Below are positions 43,672 through 48,396 of a stretch of 48,396 nt of DNA, piece by piece. Source of the DNA: a virus (lineage: Duplodnaviria; Caudoviricetes). Under the pieces are notes generated by a model. The model did not search any database and was not told the origin of the DNA. It was given only the letters and a program-made list of their open reading frames with translations. Location: IMG/VR virus record IMGVR_UViG_3300037515_000186, positions 1-48,396 of that record, one strand, 5' to 3'. How positions within the stretch are numbered: position 1 is the stretch's first letter; each line of letters starts with the position of its first letter. Made by a program: the position numbers and the translations under genes.

Positions 43672-45024
43672 ATGGTTGACCATCCTTGGAAGATAGCTGA
43701 TATCGACAACTTCCTCCCGCTGCGGGAGGGCCAGCGGGTCGTGCTGTGTCACGGGGTCTTCGACGTGCTGCACCCCGGCCACATAGCCCACCTGAGGGAA
43801 GCGGCCCAGCTTGGTGACGTGCTGGTGGTGAGCGTCACCGCCGACGAGCACGTGAACAAGGGTCCGGGGCGTCCCGTCTTTTCTACACGTCAACGCGCTG
43901 AGCAGGTTGCCGCGCTTGCCTGCGTGGACTACGTGGTGGTGAGCCATTCCGCGACAGCGAGGGAAGCCCTGGAGGCCATCCGCCCTGCCTACTTCGTGAA
44001 GGGGGGCGATTACGAGGGAACAGGGATTCTCCCAGAGGAAGGCGTGACGGCACGGGCCGTGGGCGCGCAACTGCGCTTCACCTCCGCGCCGGTCGATTCG
44101 TCGTCCCGTGTGGGCAACCGTGCGTTCGCCACTTACCCGGAGGGGACGGAACGCTGGCTGGACGCCTACCGGCAGCGCCGGAGCGCGGGAGATATCCTCG
44201 CCGCGCTCGACCGTATCGCTGCGATGAAGGTGCTGGTGGTGGGCGAGTACATCATCGACCGCTACACCTTCGTCGATACGCTGGCCAAGTCCCCGCGTGA
44301 GCACCACCTGTCCGTGAAGAAGACGGAGACCGCCGTGAACCATGCGGGGGGTGCCGTGGCGGTACGGCGGCACCTTGCTGGCTTCGTGGAGCAGTGCCAC
44401 GTCATCCACCAGCAGGAGGGCATCATCAAGGAGCGGTTCGTGGAGCGGCACGAGCGGCGCAAACTGTTCTCCGTCCAACGCTTCCCCGACACGCTGACCA
44501 TTGGTGCCGCCGACGCCGAGCGGCTGTGGGCGTGCGGTGACTACGACCTCGTGATCGTCACCGACTATGGGCATGGCCTGTTCGACGACAGGCTGCGGAA
44601 GACGCTGGAGCAGGCGCGGTTCCTGGCGGTGAACTGCCAGACGAACTCGGCCAACTACGGGCGGAACCTCGTGACCCGCTGGCCCGAGGCGGACTTCGTG
44701 TGCCTTGACGGGCCGGAGTACGACCTGGCCGTCACGCATGGCTGGCAGCCCACCAACGTGCCACGGGTGCTGCTGACGCGAGGCAAGGACGGGTGCAACT
44801 TTGGTGAGGACACACCGGCCTTCGCTGTCAACGTGGTTGACCGGGTGGGCGCGGGCGATGCGCTGTTCGCCCTGGCCGCGCCATTGGTGGCGGCGGGGGT
44901 GGAGCCTGACATCGTGGCCTTCATCGGCTCCTGCGCCGCGGCGATGCAATGCGAGACGCTGGGGAACGAGCGGCCCGTCAACCCAGAGGTGCTACGGAAG
45001 TTCATGGCGAGGCTGCTGGCATGA
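43672..45024 (+). CDS. HldE/RfaE-like bifunctional nucleotidyltransferase + PfkB kinase (reversed domain order)
   Basis: CHGVFDVLHPGH (HxGH), NKGPGRP, VKGGDY; C-terminal DYGHG and DRVGAGD. Confidence 0.9.
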   Translation: MVDHPWKIADIDNFLPLREGQRVVLCHGVFDVLHPGHIAHLREAAQLGDVLVVSVTADEHVNKGPGRPVFSTRQRAEQVAALACVDYVVVSHSATAREALEAIRPAYFVKGGDYEGTGILPEEGVTARAVGAQLRFTSAPVDSSSRVGNRAFATYPEGTERWLDAYRQRRSAGDILAALDRIAAMKVLVVGEYIIDRYTFVDTLAKSPREHHLSVKKTETAVNHAGGAVAVRRHLAGFVEQCHVIHQQEGIIKERFVERHERRKLFSVQRFPDTLTIGAADAERLWACGDYDLVIVTDYGHGLFDDRLRKTLEQARFLAVNCQTNSANYGRNLVTRWPEADFVCLDGPEYDLAVTHGWQPTNVPRVLLTRGKDGCNFGEDTPAFAVNVVDRVGAGDALFALAAPLVAAGVEPDIVAFIGSCAAAMQCETLGNERPVNPEVLRKFMARLLA

Positions 45025-45299
45025 ACATCACGTTTGAGTTCAACGCATTGAGGATTGGCGAGACCCCTTTGTTTCCGGCGATTGGGCTCCTGGTGGGTGC
45101 TTCAGGTGAGATTGGCCTGATTACGCTGCTCCCGGATACTTGGCTTGTCAAGAACACCCTCACCATGAACGATGCCCTGCGTGCATTGACCGATGTTCTT
45201 GTTGATGGTTGGCATCTTGAGACTATCCGAGATGCCTCGCTTCGCGGGAACGAAATCGTGGGTACCTTCGACATCATCAAGCAGGGGGCACCCGCATGA
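45021..45299 (+). CDS. Hypothetical protein
   Basis: ATGA-coupled on both sides. Confidence 0.6.
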   Translation: MNITFEFNALRIGETPLFPAIGLLVGASGEIGLITLLPDTWLVKNTLTMNDALRALTDVLVDGWHLETIRDASLRGNEIVGTFDIIKQGAPA

Positions 45300-45823
45300 T
45301 GACGACTGCCGACACCCTCTCCGCCTACAAGGGACGCGCACAGGCTGCGTTGGGGGCCGTGAAGGTCTCTGAGGTGGCTGCGCTCGTCCATTACCTGGAG
45401 GCTGTCAGGGAGGACGGCGCGGCGGTGTACGTGGTCGGCAATGGTGGCTCGCAGGCCACGGCGGCGCACCTTGTGCTGCATCTGAGGAACACGGGAGTAC
45501 GGGCATTCGACCTGCTGGGGGACAACGCCTGGCTGACCGCCATAAGTAATGATTGCTCCTACCGTGAGGCACCCGCATGGTTGGCCGGAACGCTGCGGCG
45601 GGCAGGTGACGCGCTGTTCGTCATCAGCGGCAGTGGAAAGTCCGAGAACGTCCTCTGTGCCCTAGAAGGTTTTGATGGCGTTAGGCTAGGTCTCTTGGGC
45701 TTCGGCGGAGGTGAGGCGCGGATGCTCTGCAATGCCTCCGTGGTGCTGCCGGAGGAGGAGTACGGGCCGGTGGAGGACGCGCACCTGGCCGTCGTCCACA
45801 TGCTGGCGGAGGGGTTGAAGTGA
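45296..45823 (+). CDS. GmhA-like SIS phosphosugar isomerase
   Basis: VGNGGSQATAAH, TAISND, ISGSGKSENV, GFGGG, VEDAH. Confidence 0.9.
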   Translation: MMTTADTLSAYKGRAQAALGAVKVSEVAALVHYLEAVREDGAAVYVVGNGGSQATAAHLVLHLRNTGVRAFDLLGDNAWLTAISNDCSYREAPAWLAGTLRRAGDALFVISGSGKSENVLCALEGFDGVRLGLLGFGGGEARMLCNASVVLPEEEYGPVEDAHLAVVHMLAEGLK

Positions 45824-46176
45824 CCGCACAGAGCCACGTTCGCATCGTTGGTGGTGCGACGGATGCTGAGAGCAACGTCAAGTTCGCCACCATCAGCGCG
45901 TCGATGTCGGGGAACACCTCCGTGGTCTCGGCGGTGACGGGCAGGAAGCTACGGGTGCTCTCCTACACGTACGTTGTGGAGGGGGCCGTGGACGTGAAGT
46001 TCACCGACGAGTCGGGCGATCTGACGGGTGCCATGACACACGGGACTGAGGGTGAAGGTGTGGCCGTTGCGGCGACCGCGGGGCTGTTCGAGACGACTGC
46101 GGGTGAGGCGTTGCGTATCAACCTCTCGGCCAACATCAATGTCCGTGGACATCTCTCGTACAAGGAGGTGGCCTGA
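45820..46176 (+). CDS. Small beta-rich putative virion protein
   Basis: VVSAVTGRKLRV...LFETTAGEALRINLS. Confidence 0.55.
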   Translation: MTAQSHVRIVGGATDAESNVKFATISASMSGNTSVVSAVTGRKLRVLSYTYVVEGAVDVKFTDESGDLTGAMTHGTEGEGVAVAATAGLFETTAGEALRINLSANINVRGHLSYKEVA

Positions 46177-46484
46177 TGCGCTGGCCACTCGCATGGGCGA
46201 AGACGGCGGACGACGCCAAGGACTTGGCGGCAGCGGTGGCCGAGGAGCTGGGCACCTACCAGGCCGTCCACGTCATTCGGAGTCGCCTGGGTACCGTGCG
46301 CTTCAGGGAGCAGGAATTGTCGGCCAAGATGCGGCGGTTCGTCCCCACGGCCTGGGTGGTGGCTGAGGAGCGTGCGGACGGCGAGGTGGTCGTTGCCGCC
46401 TACTACCGGGGCGAGGTGAGCGAGGCCGATCTGAATGCCGCGCGGGAGATGCTGAAGGCGGGCGTGGCATGGGACTGGACGTAG
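46176..46484 (+). CDS. Hypothetical protein
   Basis: GGAGG RBS; coupled. Confidence 0.6.
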   Translation: MRWPLAWAKTADDAKDLAAAVAEELGTYQAVHVIRSRLGTVRFREQELSAKMRRFVPTAWVVAEERADGEVVVAAYYRGEVSEADLNAAREMLKAGVAWDWT

Positions 46485-46622
46485 AGCACGGCTTCCGGCG
46501 AGCGAGGAACGGCGATGCGAAGGAGACCTTCATCGCCTACTGCTGGTGTGGGGAGCGGTTTGAGGCGGGGTCCTTGGAGCAGGCGGTCGCGGCGCTGAAC
46601 GAACACGTTGGTGAGGTAGAGG

Positions 46623-46844
46623 ATGGAAGTGCTTGAATGGCTCATTGGCGCGAACATCCTCGCTGTCGTGTTCGGCGCTGGGACGGTGTGGGCGACTGTA
46701 CGCTCGAACAACACCAGCATCCGTGATCTGCGGGGTGACCTTCATCGCCATACTCAGCGGGAGGACGAGCGCGCGGCGGCTACCGAGCGCTGGCAGCGGC
46801 AGATGGAGTCCCGCGTCGGCACGCTGGAAGGCAAGACGAGATGA
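46623..46844 (+). CDS. Single-TM plus coiled-coil membrane protein (holin-like)
   Basis: WLIGANILAVVFGAGTVW followed by a charged coil. Confidence 0.55.
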   Translation: MEVLEWLIGANILAVVFGAGTVWATVRSNNTSIRDLRGDLHRHTQREDERAAATERWQRQMESRVGTLEGKTR

Positions 46845-47920
46845 CCACTCGTTTCTACGCTGTCCCCAAGGGTGGCACGGGTGCCTTCGACGACCCCATC
46901 CGGGCGAGCTACATCTACGACCTGGAGGTTATGGCGAAGCCGCGCGGAGGTCTCAGCTACCAGCGCGTCTTTGATGACCCCGTGACACCCAACTCGGCAT
47001 CCGGCCAGGTCGTCATCCGCGTGACCAGCGACGTGGCGCGCGTGTTCACCGACCTTGAAGCTTCCAGTGGGGTAAGCCTGCTTGGGGACACTCCTGAAGG
47101 GGCGCGCACGGCCATCCGTGGTTCCCTTGATCTGAAGCTTCAGCGCATCAGTGCGGACTACCCCGAGGACACGGAGCTTGACCGTATCCTCCGCCCTCGC
47201 ACCGAGCCCCTGAAAAAGCCCCGTGGCACGAACACGACGGACTTCACCGACAACGATGGGACGTTGTGGAGCGCACTGTCCAACCACCCGCTGACCAAGG
47301 TGCACATCTCCGGCACGGACGGGCGCTCGACCTTCGACGTGTTGAGCAACGAGGGGCAGGCCGTAGGGGACACGGCGGGCGGCAGCTACTCCTCGCACGA
47401 CATCTGGCATCAGACCTCCGAAAGCGCGGAAGACCAGACAGTCACGTTGGTCAACTCCGAGGGCGCGACCAACTCGGGCGTGAGGAACGAGGTCGAGCTT
47501 GTTGCCAGGGTGGTAACAGACGACACCGATACCTTCTTTCGCTTCACCAACATCGCGCAGGGTGGCAACGACACGCGACTCCATGAATATGTGGACGGGG
47601 TTGCGAATGAGCTGGCCTCAGTGGCAGTGAACCTCGTTGGCCCTCCACGCACCTTGAAGATGGTCATTGCCACGAGCGCGGCCACGACCTGCGCTATCGA
47701 CTGTACGGTGTGGGATGGTGCAGAACCAGGGCCACAGATCACATTCGACAGCACCATCAACGCTGCTCTTCAGCAAAAGCAGGGCTATGCGGGTATCTGG
47801 GTCTCGTCGGGGCTGAACGGCACCACGGCGGTGGTCGATGACCTGGCATTCACGAACGATGACGGCGGCGCACCCGCCAACACCCGGCGCTACTCTCTGC
47901 TGACGATGGGGGTGGGATAG
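46841..47920 (+). CDS. Thr/Ser-rich beta-sandwich putative virion surface protein ending LLTMGVG
   Basis: TDFTD...GYAGI...VDDL beta-rich pattern; sits next to the fibre-like gene. Confidence 0.6.
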   Translation: MTTRFYAVPKGGTGAFDDPIRASYIYDLEVMAKPRGGLSYQRVFDDPVTPNSASGQVVIRVTSDVARVFTDLEASSGVSLLGDTPEGARTAIRGSLDLKLQRISADYPEDTELDRILRPRTEPLKKPRGTNTTDFTDNDGTLWSALSNHPLTKVHISGTDGRSTFDVLSNEGQAVGDTAGGSYSSHDIWHQTSESAEDQTVTLVNSEGATNSGVRNEVELVARVVTDDTDTFFRFTNIAQGGNDTRLHEYVDGVANELASVAVNLVGPPRTLKMVIATSAATTCAIDCTVWDGAEPGPQITFDSTINAALQQKQGYAGIWVSSGLNGTTAVVDDLAFTNDDGGAPANTRRYSLLTMGVG

Positions 47921-48396
47921 ATGGCCGACAACGTAACCCTTGATGCCGGAACGGGCGGCGCGGTAGTCGCAACCGACCAGAACGGCACCGCCGAGCACTA
48001 CCAATGGGTCAAGCTGGTCTACGGCGGCGACAACGAGTTCAGCAAGGTCGATGGCACTCAGGGCCTGCCCGTGGCCATCGTGGACGCCCTACCCGCTGGC
48101 ACGGCGAGCATCGGCGTCGTCGTGCTGGGCGCGGGCGCTGCCCAATTCGGAAAGCTTGCGGCAGGCACGGCCAGCATCGGCAAGGTGGGCCTGAATGCGG
48201 GAACTGCCGCCATCGGCAAGCTGGCAGCGGGGACGGCCCAGATCGGAAAGCTTGCGGCGGGAACGGCGAACGTCGGCATCATCATCCTTGGCGCTGGCGC
48301 AACGCAGATAGGGAAGCTGGCCGCAGGCACCGCCAACATCGGTGACGTGGACGTGGCGAGCGCCCTGCCAGCGGGAACGGCCACCATCGGGAACGT
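47921..48396 (+). CDS. N-terminal part of a ~279-aa fibre-like protein with LxAGTAxIG repeats; continues through the junction to the stop at 491
   Basis: MADNVTLDAGTGG...LPAGTASIG...LAAGTASIGK...LNAGTAAIGKLAAGTAQIGK; 47921-48269 plus 1-491 gives 840 nt in one open frame. Confidence 0.85.
   Translation, partial: MADNVTLDAGTGGAVVATDQNGTAEHYQWVKLVYGGDNEFSKVDGTQGLPVAIVDALPAGTASIGVVVLGAGAAQFGKLAAGTASIGKVGLNAGTAAIGKLAAGTAQIGKLAAGTANVGIIILGAGATQIGKLAAGTANIGDVDVASALPAGTATIGN
48270..48396 (+). repeat. Terminal overlap copy 2
   Basis: Identical to 1-127. Confidence 0.95.

Larger units (their letters stand above)
1..48396. mobile_element. Complete circular temperate tailed phage genome (podovirus-like; no tape measure gene seen)
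   Basis: Terminal 127-bp identity with an ORF continuing across it; terminase, portal, scaffold, capsid and tail genes; tyrosine integrase next to a tRNA. Confidence 0.92.

Overview
The window looks like a complete, circularly assembled ~48.27 kb temperate dsDNA phage genome with podovirus-like architecture. Bases 1-127 are identical to 48270-48396, and one ORF reads through this junction. The plus strand carries terS/terL, portal, putative ejection proteins, scaffold, major capsid and a putative decoration protein. It then carries an unusual sugar-biosynthesis and transfer module interleaved with putative surface/fibre genes (42041 through the junction to 5176): a glycosyltransferase-methyltransferase fusion, an HldE-like nucleotidyltransferase/kinase, a GmhA-like isomerase, a TPP E1-alpha/beta pair, a radical SAM/SPASM enzyme and a LicD protein. 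Tail adaptor, nozzle and fibre genes follow. The minus strand (11.0-28.1 kb) has many small ORFs, including a C5-MTase-like protein, VRR-NUC, ASCH, SSB-like, macrodomain, HNH and LuxR-HTH. It also has an int / tRNA-Asp / xis-like module and an early array of small genes with a repeated leader and a clear type II hammerhead ribozyme. The best candidates for novelty are: (1) a self-contained virion-glycosylation pathway; (2) a hammerhead-linked cassette array; (3) a hidden antisense, leaderless 51-aa gene encoding one blade of the same beta-propeller repeat found in the adjacent tail protein. All functional calls rest on motifs read by eye; no database searches were run.
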